From the NCBI GenBank assembly GCA_938048755.1, contig CALIUG010000072.1:3258-67257 (forward strand): 64,000 nt of DNA, written 5' to 3'. The first letter of the stretch is position 1. Every line of letters starts with the position of its first letter. Positions 38,491 through 48,054 of this stretch are shown here, one piece after another. The translations under genes and the position numbers were made by a program. Origin of the DNA: an uncultured Alphaproteobacteria bacterium (GTDB lineage Bacteria; Pseudomonadota; Alphaproteobacteria; SP197). The notes under the pieces were generated by a model. The model saw only the letters and a list, made by a program, of their open reading frames with translations. It searched no databases and was not told the DNA's origin.

Positions 38491-39516
38491 TCAGCCTTCC
38501 TTGTCTGCGACACCAGCTTCGGCAAAGGTCGCCATGCCGGTATGGGTTGCCACAGCGGCCTTGATCAGCAGGGCGGCGGTCGCCGCACCGGAAGCTTCGC
38601 CCAGACGCATGTCGAGATCGAACAGGGGTTCGAGACCACGGTCGAAGTCCATCTTGCCCAGCAATCTCCCCGCCGCAGGTTCGGCGCTGCGATGGCCGGC
38701 ATGGCAATGGTCGAGCGCGCCGGGGTCCATGCAGGAGAGCACAGCCGCGGCCGCGCAGTTCACGTAGCCGTCCAGCAACACGGGAACGCGCTTCATGCGG
38801 CAGGCCAGAATGGCACCGGCCATGGCGGCAATCTCGCGTCCGCCAAGGCGTGCCAGAACCTCCAGGGGGTCGCTCAGATGTTCGCGGTGGAGCGCCAGGG
38901 CGCGGTCAATGACTTCGGCCTTGCGGTTGATGCCTTCGATATCGAGACCTGTGCCCGGTCCCGCCCAGTCCTCCCCCGTGCCACCATAGAGCGCTGCGGC
39001 AAGGGCCGCGGCGACGGTCGTGTTGCCGATCCCCATCTCGCCGATGCAGGCGAGGTCGGACTTGTTGATGGCCTGATATCCGACCGCAAAGGCCTCGCAG
39101 GTTTCGGCCTCGCTCATGGCGGGCTCGGTGGTGAAATCGGCTGTCGGCTGGTCCAGCGCGAGCGGGATCACATGGAGATCGGCATCGGCCAGCCGGGCAA
39201 GCTGATTGATCGCCGCGCCGCCTGACTCGAAGTTGGCAACCATCTGATGGGTGACTTCGGCCGGGAAGGCCGAGATGCCCTGTGCCGTGACGCCGTGATT
39301 CCCGGCAAAGACATAGAACGCGAGCTTGTCGGCACGTGGGGGATGCCCGCCCTGCCAGGCCGACAGCCAGATCGCCAGTTGCTCGAGCTTGCCAAGGGAT
39401 CCCGGTGGCTTGGTGAGCTGTGCATCCCTGGCTTGTGCGGCGTGGATTGCATCAACGTCGGCCTGGGGCATGTCGGCAACCAGGTCGCGGATGTCGGCAA
39501 AGTGGGTGATCTGCAT
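38491..39516 (-). CDS. cobT: nicotinate-nucleotide--dimethylbenzimidazole phosphoribosyltransferase
   Basis: MQITHFADIRDL start. CobT signatures (FAGNHGV, GEMGIGNTT). Confidence 0.9.
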   Translation of the reverse strand: MQITHFADIRDLVADMPQADVDAIHAAQARDAQLTKPPGSLGKLEQLAIWLSAWQGGHPPRADKLAFYVFAGNHGVTAQGISAFPAEVTHQMVANFESGGAAINQLARLADADLHVIPLALDQPTADFTTEPAMSEAETCEAFAVGYQAINKSDLACIGEMGIGNTTVAAALAAALYGGTGEDWAGPGTGLDIEGINRKAEVIDRALALHREHLSDPLEVLARLGGREIAAMAGAILACRMKRVPVLLDGYVNCAAAAVLSCMDPGALDHCHAGHRSAEPAAGRLLGKMDFDRGLEPLFDLDMRLGEASGAATAALLIKAAVATHTGMATFAEAGVADKEG

Positions 39517-39619
39517 GGCGTCGGACCTTGTCTGTCGGGCAGGTGACGCTATGCCATGAACGCTTGGGTTGCCATGTCCATCGGCGTCAGGAAGCCGGTG
39601 GAAGGAGACAAATTCGAGT

Positions 39620-40444
39620 GTGGATGCAGATGGATCAGGCCAGCTTGACCCCATGGCGAAGCCGGTCGATAACCCGGTCATGGCTCAGGATAACCTCACG
39701 AAACCAGACTGGATCGAGAGTCTGCGCATTGCAGCGTCGTTCCTGACGCGCATCCCCGTGGGGCAGACCGACGACGTGCCTCTGGCGCGCGCCACGCCGG
39801 TCTTTCCCCTGATTGGCGCGGTGGTCGGGCTGATTGGTGGCCTGGCTTATCTGGTTGCCCATTGGATTGGACTTGGCCCCTGGCTTTCGGCTGTGCTTGC
39901 CCTGCTGGTAGTGATGGTTGTGACAGGCGCGCTGCATGATGACGGTCTGGCCGACGTTGCCGACGGACTGGGCGTTCACGCTGAACGCGACCGCAGGCTG
40001 GAGGCCATGCGGGACAGCAGGATAGGTGCGTTTGGTGTCATTGCGCTGGTGCTCGCGTTGAGTGCGCGGATTGGTGCCCTGGCCGCCATCGGCGAGCCCG
40101 GTCTGGCGCTTCTGGCACTGGTCGCCGCGGGCGCGTTGTCGCGCGGCCTGATCGTGATTGCCATGCGCATGATGCCGCCCGCCCGACAGGATGGCCTGGG
40201 CGCACGTGCCGGCACGCCGGACTTTGCCGAAGCCTTGGTCGCGCTGGTGATCGGCGTTGCCATCACGATCGCCATGCTGTTTCCCTGGGTATGGATCCCG
40301 GCCCTTGTATTTGCAGGCGTTGCCGCAGCACTGATGGCCCTGGTCGCCCGGCGGGCGTTTGGCGGTCAGACCGGAGATGTGTTGGGTGCGATCCAGATTG
40401 TCGCAGAAATCGGCGTTCTTGCTGCGGTGGTGGCCGCATATTGA
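39620..40444 (+). CDS. cobS: adenosylcobinamide-GDP ribazoletransferase (cobalamin synthase)
   Basis: SFLTRIPV...GALHDDGLADVADG CobS signatures. Polytopic membrane protein. Start is ambiguous: GTG 39620 with RBS aaggaga, ATG 39653 or ATG 39680. Confidence 0.85.
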   Translation: MDADGSGQLDPMAKPVDNPVMAQDNLTKPDWIESLRIAASFLTRIPVGQTDDVPLARATPVFPLIGAVVGLIGGLAYLVAHWIGLGPWLSAVLALLVVMVVTGALHDDGLADVADGLGVHAERDRRLEAMRDSRIGAFGVIALVLALSARIGALAAIGEPGLALLALVAAGALSRGLIVIAMRMMPPARQDGLGARAGTPDFAEALVALVIGVAITIAMLFPWVWIPALVFAGVAAALMALVARRAFGGQTGDVLGAIQIVAEIGVLAAVVAAY

Positions 40445-40487
40445 GTCGCTGTATCACGCAGCTTACAGAGGAAACAAGGAACCAATC

Positions 40488-41117
40488 ATGACCCAGACAC
40501 GATGGTGGTGGGTGCGCCATGCACCGGTGACCGAAACCAACGGTCGGGTCTATGGCTCGACCGACCCCAATTGCGACACCGACAACCTTCCGGCCTATCA
40601 GGCACTCCACGCCATTCTGCCCGAGGATGCGCACTGGGTGACAAGTCACCTCAGGCGCACCAAGCAGACGGCTGCCGCCATTGCTGCGGCCGGCGGACGC
40701 AACATCGATCCGGCCGAGGAGCCGGGTCTGGGCGAACAGGATTTCGGCGACTGGCACGGCATGACCTATGACGAGATCTATGCCCTGCCGACGGCACGCC
40801 GCTTCTGGCTGGCACCCGCGACCATGCCGGCGCCCAATGGGGAGAGCTTTGCCGATCTGTGTGTGCGTGTCACCCGCGTGATTCACCGGCTGACGGCCGA
40901 ATGGGCAGGACGCGACATCGTTGCGGTTGCCCATGGCGGCACGATTCGCGCGGCACTGGCCCTGGCGCTCGATCTTGATCCCGAGACCGGCCTGCGATTC
41001 CAGACCGACAACATCTCGGTCACCCGGATCGACCATTTCGACGGTGATGACGGCCATGCCGAGAGCTGGCGCGTCACCTATATGAACCGCCAGCCGCATA
41101 TGCCGCCGAAGGAGTAG
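40488..41117 (+). CDS. cobC: alpha-ribazole-phosphate phosphatase (histidine phosphatase family)
   Basis: WWVRHAPV (RHG motif variant), and later AHGGTIRAAL. Positioned between cobS and cobU. RBS aaggaacc. Confidence 0.8.
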   Translation: MTQTRWWWVRHAPVTETNGRVYGSTDPNCDTDNLPAYQALHAILPEDAHWVTSHLRRTKQTAAAIAAAGGRNIDPAEEPGLGEQDFGDWHGMTYDEIYALPTARRFWLAPATMPAPNGESFADLCVRVTRVIHRLTAEWAGRDIVAVAHGGTIRAALALALDLDPETGLRFQTDNISVTRIDHFDGDDGHAESWRVTYMNRQPHMPPKE

Positions 41118-41124
41118 TTTCGCG

Positions 41125-41286
41125 CGTAGCGGCGCTCGCGACTCTCTGCTAAGAACGCTGGAAGTAGGAACGAGACGAGGGAAGCCGGTGTGATGCCGGT
41201 GCTGCCCCCGCAACTGTAACGGTGAGATCCGAAGCGTTGACCCACTGGCAAAGCCCCAAAAGAGGGCAAAGCCGGGAAGGGGCTTC
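41125..41286 (+). promoter_or_regulatory. cobalamin (AdoCbl) riboswitch in the leader of cobU-cobW-cobN-cobO-...
   Basis: AGGGAAGCCGGTGTGATGCCGGTGCTGCCCCCGCAACTGTAACGG is the B12-box/core region. ACCCACTGG is a variant of the GCCACTG element, and GCCGGGAAGGGGC is a variant of the GGGAAGGC element. Spacing and order are correct. cobU RBS GGAGGGAGG follows. Confidence 0.75.
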
Positions 41287-41361
41287 ATGGGATCGTCGAG
41301 CCGAAGCCAGGAAACCTCCCCCGTTCCGCCCTGGACCACGCGCGCCTCGGAGGGAGGTCGG

Positions 41362-41940
41362 ATGTCCGTGAGAGATGCCCAAGATGCGCCCGGAGCGCAG
41401 CCCGACAGGACCACAGGCGGAAATCCGTTCGTGAGTCTGGTGCTGGGTGGCGCCCGTTCGGGCAAGAGCAGCTTTGCCGAGGCCGAGGTTCTGGCGCACG
41501 GCCTGGACTGTCTCTACCTCGCGACCAGCGAAGCCTTCGACAACGAAATGGAAGTGCGTATCGCGCGCCATCGCGAACGCCGTGGTCCCGAATGGACGAC
41601 CATCGAGGAGCCCCTGGCGCTTGCCGACGTGCTGGCGGCGGAATCGGACCCCAAACGGGCGATTCTGGTCGACTGCCTGACCCTCTGGCTCGCCAATCTG
41701 CTGGGCGCAGAACGTGATCTCCCTGCCGAATTCGAACGTCTGGTGCGTGTTCTCGCTGGTGTTGCAGGGCCGGTGGTTCTGGTCTCTAACGAGGTTGGCC
41801 AGGGCATCGTTCCAGACAACGCGCTGGCCCGTCGTTTCCGCGACGAGGCCGGACGTCTTCATCAACAGATCGCTGCGGTGGCCGGCCGCGTGGTTTTTGT
41901 TACCGCCGGCCTGCCTCAAACCCTGAAGGATAAACGATGA
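41362..41940 (+). CDS. cobU: bifunctional adenosylcobinamide kinase / adenosylcobinamide-phosphate guanylyltransferase
   Basis: P-loop LVLGGARSGKSSFAE and the CobU/CobP family signatures. Start MSVRDAQ with RBS ggagggagg. Confidence 0.85.
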   Translation: MSVRDAQDAPGAQPDRTTGGNPFVSLVLGGARSGKSSFAEAEVLAHGLDCLYLATSEAFDNEMEVRIARHRERRGPEWTTIEEPLALADVLAAESDPKRAILVDCLTLWLANLLGAERDLPAEFERLVRVLAGVAGPVVLVSNEVGQGIVPDNALARRFRDEAGRLHQQIAAVAGRVVFVTAGLPQTLKDKR

Positions 41941-42983
41941 GCATGGCTTCCAAGATTCCCGCAACGGTGGTGACCGGCTTTCTGGGCGCGGGCAAGACAA
42001 CCCTGATCCGCAGTCTGATTGAAAACGCCGGTGGCCGCCGGTTTGCCTTCATCATCAACGAATTCGGTGATCTGGGCGTGGACCGTGAGCTGATCCAGGG
42101 CTGTGGTTACGAGGATTGCAAGGACGAGGACATCGTGGAGCTGGCCAATGGCTGCATCTGCTGCACCGTGGCGGATGATTTCCTGCCCACGATCCAGGCC
42201 CTGATCGACCGCGAGGATCCGCCCGAGAACATCATCATCGAGACCTCCGGCCTGGCCCTGCCCAAGCCGCTGATCAAGGCCTTCAACTGGCCGGAAGTGA
42301 AAACCCGCGTCACGGTTGATGGCGTGGTCGCAGTGATCGACGGCCGTGCGGTTGCCGACGGACGGTTCGCCGATGATCCCGACGCGGTCGCGGCACAGCG
42401 CGAGGAAGACCCCAATCTCGACCATGAGAACCCGCTTGAAGAGGTCTTCGAAGAGCAGGTTCTGGCCGCCGACATGATCGTGCTCAACAAGTCCGATCTG
42501 ATGGATGATGCGACCATGGCCAAGGCGCGCGGCATCGTGGATGCCAACAAGCGGGACGCGACCAAGGTCGTACTCGCCTCCGGCGGCAAGGTTGATCCTC
42601 TGGCCCTGCTGGGCATTGGTGCCGCGGCAGAGGATGATCTCGATGCCCGACCTTCGCACCATGACGGGGTCGACGGTGACCATGACCACGATGACTTCGA
42701 TACGTTCACCCTGGCCTTTGACGCCGTGGACGACCCCGATGCGCTGGAGGCCAAACTCAAGGCCATGGTGACCGAGCATGATGTGCTGCGCGTGAAGGGT
42801 TTCCTGGAAGTGCCAGGCAAACCCATGCGCCATGTCGTTCAGGGTGTGGGCGGGCGGTTCGACCGATACTTCGACCGTCCCTGGCGCGAGGGAGAAACCC
42901 GGCGCAGCGAGCTGGTGGTGATCGGCCTGAAGGGCCTTGATGCCGCTGCGATTGCCAGTGCCATGGATGCACGGATCCTCTGA
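41937..42983 (+). CDS. cobW: cobalamin biosynthesis GTPase CobW (COG0523)
   Basis: GFLGAGKTTL Walker A, CICCTV metal motif, His-rich stretch (HHDGVDGDHDHDDFD) and a C-terminal CobW_C domain. Confidence 0.9.
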   Translation: MSMASKIPATVVTGFLGAGKTTLIRSLIENAGGRRFAFIINEFGDLGVDRELIQGCGYEDCKDEDIVELANGCICCTVADDFLPTIQALIDREDPPENIIIETSGLALPKPLIKAFNWPEVKTRVTVDGVVAVIDGRAVADGRFADDPDAVAAQREEDPNLDHENPLEEVFEEQVLAADMIVLNKSDLMDDATMAKARGIVDANKRDATKVVLASGGKVDPLALLGIGAAAEDDLDARPSHHDGVDGDHDHDDFDTFTLAFDAVDDPDALEAKLKAMVTEHDVLRVKGFLEVPGKPMRHVVQGVGGRFDRYFDRPWREGETRRSELVVIGLKGLDAAAIASAMDARIL

Positions 42984-45900
42984 TGCATCTTCTGGCAGCA
43001 CAGCCCGGCACCGTCAGTGACGGGACCGAAGCGATCGATCTGGGCCAGACGCCCGGTGAGATCGTTGTGCTATCTGCTGCCGATACGGAACTTGCCCTGT
43101 TGTCGGATGCTGCTGCGCTTCAGGGCGAGGATGCGCCGAGCCTGCGCCTGGCCAGCACCATGGCGCTGTCACATAACCTTTCGGTCGATACCTATGTCGA
43201 GGCGATGGTCGCGACGGCACGGGTCGTGGTGGTGCGTCTGCTGGGTGGCGCGGCCTATTGGCGTTACGGGACCGATGAAGTCGCTGCCGCGGCCCGTGCG
43301 AACGGCGTTCACCTGGCGCTTCTGCCCGGTGATGACAAGGAAGACGGCGAACTGCGGCGTCTCTCGACGGTCGGGGATGACGACTATGATCGTCTCTGGG
43401 CCTATCTGATCCACGGTGGGGCGAGAAACGCCGGAAACTTCCTGCGGCACGCCGCCTGTCTTGCCGGTCGGCCGGACGAAGCCGATCTGCCTGAAACCCT
43501 GCCCAGGGCCGGGTGTTACTGGCCGGGCCGCGGCGATGTGGCGCTGGACGAGATTGCGACACTGTGGAAGCCGGATCGTCCCGTTGCAGCCATTGTGTTC
43601 TATCGTGCGCTGGTCCAGGCCAGTGATGTCGCGCCGATTGATGCCCTGGTCGCAGCCCTTGATGAACAGGGCCTCAATGCGCTGCCGCTCTACAGCCAGA
43701 GTCTGAAGGAACAGGCCGGCGCCGCCTTTGTCGAGGAGGCGCTGGGTCTCCATGGACCCGCGGTCATCGTCAACTGCACCGGTTTTGCCCTGGCGAGCCC
43801 CGGTGCCGAGCGTGGACCCACGCCGTTCGATGGTGCGGATTGCCCGATCCTGCAGGCCGTTCTGTCGGGCGGTACGCACGATGCCTGGAACGAGGGGATG
43901 CGTGGCATGGCGCCGCGCGACATCGCCATGAACGTCGCTCTGCCCGAAGTCGACGGGCGCATTCTGACCCGCGCGATTTCCTTCAAGTCGGCACGTAAGT
44001 GGGACGAACGCACCCAGACCAACGTGGTGCGGCATGAGCCGGTGGCGGATCGGGTCATGTGGACTGCCAGGCTGGCGGCAGCCTGGGCGCGGCTCCGCAA
44101 CACGGCGGTATCGGAGCGGCGTGTTGCGCTGGTGATGGCCAACTATCCCAACAAGGATGCGCGGATCGGGAACGGTGTGGGGCTTGATACCCCGGCTTCG
44201 GCGGCCCGGATCCTCCATACTCTGGATTCTGCGGGATACGATGTCTCCGGCGTACCGAAGAATGGTACGGACCTGATTGCCACGCTGCTGGCAGGCCCGA
44301 CCAACGATCTGACACAGCGTGCCTGGAAGCGCTCTGACGTGACGTTGTCCCTGGATCTCTATCACGAACGTTTTGCCGCGCTGCCTGAGGCCGTGCGCGA
44401 GGCCATGACCGAGCGCTGGGGCGCGCCCGAGACGGACCCGCATGTGGCCGAGGGTGCGTTTCAGCTTGCTGTCCACCGCTGGGGAAACGTCGCGATCGGT
44501 GTCCAGCCCGCCCGCGGCTACAACATCGATCCCAAGGCGACCTATCACGACCCCGATCTGGTGCCGCCGCACGGCTACCTTGCCTTCTACATGTGGCTCC
44601 AAAGGGATTTCGGCAGCCATGCGCTTGTCCATCTGGGCAAGCACGGCAATCTCGAATGGCTGCCGGGCAAGGCTCTGGCCCTTTCGGAGGCCTGTTTCCC
44701 TGAAGTCGCCTTTGCCCCGCTGCCCCATCTCTATCCCTTCATCGTGAACGATCCCGGCGAAGGCACACAGGCCAAGCGGCGCACGGCTGCGGTGATCGTG
44801 GATCATCTGACCCCGCCCCTGGCGCGTGCCGAAACCTATGGTGACCTGCGGGATCTCGAAGCCCTGGTCGATGAGTACTTTGAAGCCAGCCACACCGATC
44901 CGCGCCGTCTGCCGATCCTTTCGCGCGACATTCTGGAACTCTGTGCCAGCACCGGTCTTGATCAGGATTGCGGCATCGGCGCCGGTGATGACGAGAACGA
45001 GAAACTCTCAAAGCTCGACGGCTACCTGTGCGAGCTCAAGGAGATGCAGATCCGCGACGGTCTGCATGTCTTCGGTGAGGCGCCGGTGCGTGGGCTGGAA
45101 ACCTCCCTGCTGGTTGCCCTGACGCGGGTGCCGCGCGGTGACGGTTCCGGTGGCGATGCCTCGATCACGCGTGCCCTTGCTGCCGATCTGGGCCTCGATG
45201 TCGATCCGCTTGATGCCGAGATGGCCAAGCCCTGGACAGGTGCGCGCCCAGACGTTCTGGCCGGTCTGTCGGACGATCCCTGGCGCACGGCGGGCGATAC
45301 GGTCGAGCGGATCGAGCTGCTGGCCAGCGCGTTGATGGACGGTTCGCTCGACTGTGACCCCGGCTGGACGGCGACGCAGGCTGTTCTGGATGCGGTCTCA
45401 GGCCATCTGCGTCCCGCCGTGTCGGCCTGTGGTGCACATGAACTTGCCGGGCTGCTCACCGGCCTCGATGGACGCTTTCTCGAACCCGGCCCCTCCGGTG
45501 CGCCGTCGCGTGGCAGGCCCGATGTGTTGCCCACCGGCCGCAACTTCTATTCCGTCGATACCCGTTCGGTCCCGACACCAGCGGCCTGGCGCCTTGGATG
45601 GACCTCGGCCAGCCGTCTGGTGGAGCGTCATGCCCAGGACCATGGCGACTGGCCCAAGGCCGTGGCTCTGTCGGCCTGGGGCACGGCGAACATGCGCACC
45701 GGCGGTGACGACATAGCCCAGGCGCTCGCCCTGATGGGTGTGCAGCCGACCTGGGAGCCACGCAGCGGACGGGTCACCGGTTTTGAAGTCATGCCTTCGG
45801 GTGTGCTGGGGCGTCCCCGGGTTGATGTGACGCTTCGGGTTTCCGGCTTCTTCCGTGACGCCTTCCCCGGCCTGATCGATCTCGTCGACAGCGCGACACG

Positions 45901-46741
45901 CGCCGTGGCGGCGCTGGATGAAGATGACGCCATAAATCCGCTGGCCGCGCGGGTGCGTGGTGAGGCTGCGCGCGCCGCCGATGCGGGTGAGGACAGTGCA
46001 GAGGCCGCCCGACGTGCCGCCACCCGTGTCTTCGGCTCCAAACCCGGCGCCTATGGCGCGGGCCTGCAGGCCCTGATCGATGAAGGCGGCTGGGATCATG
46101 CCGATGATCTGGGCCGGGCCTATGTCGCCTGGAGCGGGTATGCCTATGGCGCAGGCACCGAAGGCAGGGCTGCCCATGACCTGTTCGAGACCCGTCTCTC
46201 CAAGATCGACGCGGTGGTCCACAACCAGGACAACCGCGAACACGACCTGCTCGACTCAGATGACTATTACCAGTTCGAGGGCGGCATCACGGCAGCGGTC
46301 AGGAAGGCGTCAGGCAAGCAGCCGGCGGTCTATCACAACGATCATTCCCGCCCCGACAACCCGACCGTGCGCACGCTGACCGAAGAGATTGCCCGGGTCG
46401 TGCGTGCGCGTGTGGTGAACCCCAAGTGGATCGCCGGTGTCATGCGCCACGGCTACAAAGGCGCGTTCGAGATGGCGGCCACGGTCGATTACCTGTTCGG
46501 CTTTGCCGCCTCGGCACGGTGTGTGGCCAACCATCATTTCGATGCGGTGTTCGATGCCTATCTGGGCGACCCGGAAGTCCGGGCGTTCCTGGAAGAGAGC
46601 AACCCGCATGCCTTACAGGACATTGCTGCCCGCCTGGCAGAGGCGCAGGCGCGGGGTTTGTGGAATCCCAGGCGCAACAGCACAGCGCCCTTGCTGGAAC
46701 AGCTGATTCGAAGAGAACCAAACGAGGAGAAGGTGGCATGA
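42983..46741 (+). CDS. cobN: cobaltochelatase subunit CobN
   Basis: 1252 aa with CobN/Mg-chelatase H-type architecture. Lies between cobW and cobO. Confidence 0.9.
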   Translation: MHLLAAQPGTVSDGTEAIDLGQTPGEIVVLSAADTELALLSDAAALQGEDAPSLRLASTMALSHNLSVDTYVEAMVATARVVVVRLLGGAAYWRYGTDEVAAAARANGVHLALLPGDDKEDGELRRLSTVGDDDYDRLWAYLIHGGARNAGNFLRHAACLAGRPDEADLPETLPRAGCYWPGRGDVALDEIATLWKPDRPVAAIVFYRALVQASDVAPIDALVAALDEQGLNALPLYSQSLKEQAGAAFVEEALGLHGPAVIVNCTGFALASPGAERGPTPFDGADCPILQAVLSGGTHDAWNEGMRGMAPRDIAMNVALPEVDGRILTRAISFKSARKWDERTQTNVVRHEPVADRVMWTARLAAAWARLRNTAVSERRVALVMANYPNKDARIGNGVGLDTPASAARILHTLDSAGYDVSGVPKNGTDLIATLLAGPTNDLTQRAWKRSDVTLSLDLYHERFAALPEAVREAMTERWGAPETDPHVAEGAFQLAVHRWGNVAIGVQPARGYNIDPKATYHDPDLVPPHGYLAFYMWLQRDFGSHALVHLGKHGNLEWLPGKALALSEACFPEVAFAPLPHLYPFIVNDPGEGTQAKRRTAAVIVDHLTPPLARAETYGDLRDLEALVDEYFEASHTDPRRLPILSRDILELCASTGLDQDCGIGAGDDENEKLSKLDGYLCELKEMQIRDGLHVFGEAPVRGLETSLLVALTRVPRGDGSGGDASITRALAADLGLDVDPLDAEMAKPWTGARPDVLAGLSDDPWRTAGDTVERIELLASALMDGSLDCDPGWTATQAVLDAVSGHLRPAVSACGAHELAGLLTGLDGRFLEPGPSGAPSRGRPDVLPTGRNFYSVDTRSVPTPAAWRLGWTSASRLVERHAQDHGDWPKAVALSAWGTANMRTGGDDIAQALALMGVQPTWEPRSGRVTGFEVMPSGVLGRPRVDVTLRVSGFFRDAFPGLIDLVDSATRAVAALDEDDAINPLAARVRGEAARAADAGEDSAEAARRAATRVFGSKPGAYGAGLQALIDEGGWDHADDLGRAYVAWSGYAYGAGTEGRAAHDLFETRLSKIDAVVHNQDNREHDLLDSDDYYQFEGGITAAVRKASGKQPAVYHNDHSRPDNPTVRTLTEEIARVVRARVVNPKWIAGVMRHGYKGAFEMAATVDYLFGFAASARCVANHHFDAVFDAYLGDPEVRAFLEESNPHALQDIAARLAEAQARGLWNPRRNSTAPLLEQLIRREPNEEKVA

Positions 46742-47364
46742 GCGAGAACGAAAATGACGCACCGGTCGAGGTGAACGAGCGCCACCGCGAGAAGATGAAA
46801 AAGCGCAAGGCCGCGCGCGACAAGATGATGGCGGCCAAGACCGAAGAGCGCGGTCTCATCATCGTGCATACGGGCAAGGGCAAGGGTAAATCCTCGGCCG
46901 CCTGGGGCATGGCGCTGCGCTGCATCGGCCACGGTTTCAAGATCGGTGTCGTCCAGTTCATCAAGGGCCGCAGTGAGACCGGTGAGACCAAGCTGTTTGC
47001 CAAGTTCCCCGATCAGGTCACCCACAAGATCATGGGCGAAGGGTTCACCTGGGAAACCCAGGACCGTGAGCGCGACATCGCTGCGGCGACGGCTGCCTGG
47101 GAAGAGTCCAAGGCGCTGATGGCCGATCCCGAGATCCACATGGTGATCCTGGACGAACTCAACATCGCGCTGCGCTACGATTATGTCGATCTCGACGATG
47201 TACTCGACACCTTGTCGACCAAACGGGCGGATCTGCATGTCGTGATCACGGGACGCAATGCCAAGCCCGAGCTCATCGAGTTCGCCGATCTCGTGACCGA
47301 AATGACGCTGATCAAGCACCCGTTCCGTGAGGGCGTGCGCGGCCAGATCGGCGTGGAGTTCTGA
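46738..47364 (+). CDS. cobO: cob(I)yrinic acid a,c-diamide adenosyltransferase
   Basis: GLIIVHTGKGKGKSSAAWGMALR P-loop and family signature. ATGA overlap with cobN. Confidence 0.9.
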   Translation: MSENENDAPVEVNERHREKMKKRKAARDKMMAAKTEERGLIIVHTGKGKGKSSAAWGMALRCIGHGFKIGVVQFIKGRSETGETKLFAKFPDQVTHKIMGEGFTWETQDRERDIAAATAAWEESKALMADPEIHMVILDELNIALRYDYVDLDDVLDTLSTKRADLHVVITGRNAKPELIEFADLVTEMTLIKHPFREGVRGQIGVEF

Positions 47365-47366
47365 TC

Positions 47367-48050
47367 ATGAAAGCCGCGCATGGGGTGATCGCACTTCTGG
47401 TTGTTGTCCTCTGGCAGGCTCCCTCGGGTCCCGCCTTTGCTGATGGTGAGCAGGCTGTGGTCGAGGATGCGCATGTCACGGTTGCCGAACTTCTGGCTGA
47501 TCCCGATTTCTCCAACCTGCATGGCCTTCTGGCGCGCGCGCACGGTGTGGTGATCGTCCCGCAGCTCTTCAAGGCAGGCTTCATCATCGGTGGAGAAGCA
47601 GGACGCGCCGTCATTCTGGCGCGTGACCCCAGCAGCGGCGCTTGGAGCCATCCTGCCTTCATGGATATGGCGTCGGCCAGCATCGGTCTGCAGATCGGTG
47701 CTGCCGAAACCCAGCTGGTGCTGGTGATCATGACCCAGGCCGGTATGGAAGCCATGCTCTCGGACAAGATCGAAGTCGGTGCGGATGCTTCGGTTGCCGC
47801 GGGCCCGGTGGGTGCCGCAGCCAAGGCGGCGACGACCTCGACCGAGTTCAACGAGGACATCTATGCCTATGGTACCAGCGAAGGACTGTTCGCCGGGATC
47901 TCCGTAGAGGGTGCGATCCTGATTCCCGATGAGGATGCCAACCACAGCTATTACGGCGAGCCCGTCACGACCCGTGAAATCCTGCAGGGCGATGCCGTCT
48001 GGAACGCCCGGGCAGACGGCTTGCGGGAACTGCTGGAAAGCGTGATCTGA
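47367..48050 (+). CDS. SYLF (DUF500/Ysc84-like) lipid-binding domain protein with signal peptide
   Basis: Signal peptide and the [26 protein letters not shown] core. Embedded between cobO and cobQ on the same strand. Confidence 0.7.
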   Translation: MKAAHGVIALLVVVLWQAPSGPAFADGEQAVVEDAHVTVAELLADPDFSNLHGLLARAHGVVIVPQLFKAGFIIGGEAGRAVILARDPSSGAWSHPAFMDMASASIGLQIGAAETQLVLVIMTQAGMEAMLSDKIEVGADASVAAGPVGAAAKAATTSTEFNEDIYAYGTSEGLFAGISVEGAILIPDEDANHSYYGEPVTTREILQGDAVWNARADGLRELLESVI

Positions 48051-48054
48051 GCCG

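Noticed and set aside
39517-39652. Possible second cobalamin riboswitch in the cobT/cobS divergent intergenic region (contains ggaagccggtggaagg).
   Set aside because: Only about 100-135 nt are available. The GCCACTG-like and GGGAAGGC elements are absent, and the GGAAGG here is better explained as the cobS Shine-Dalgarno.
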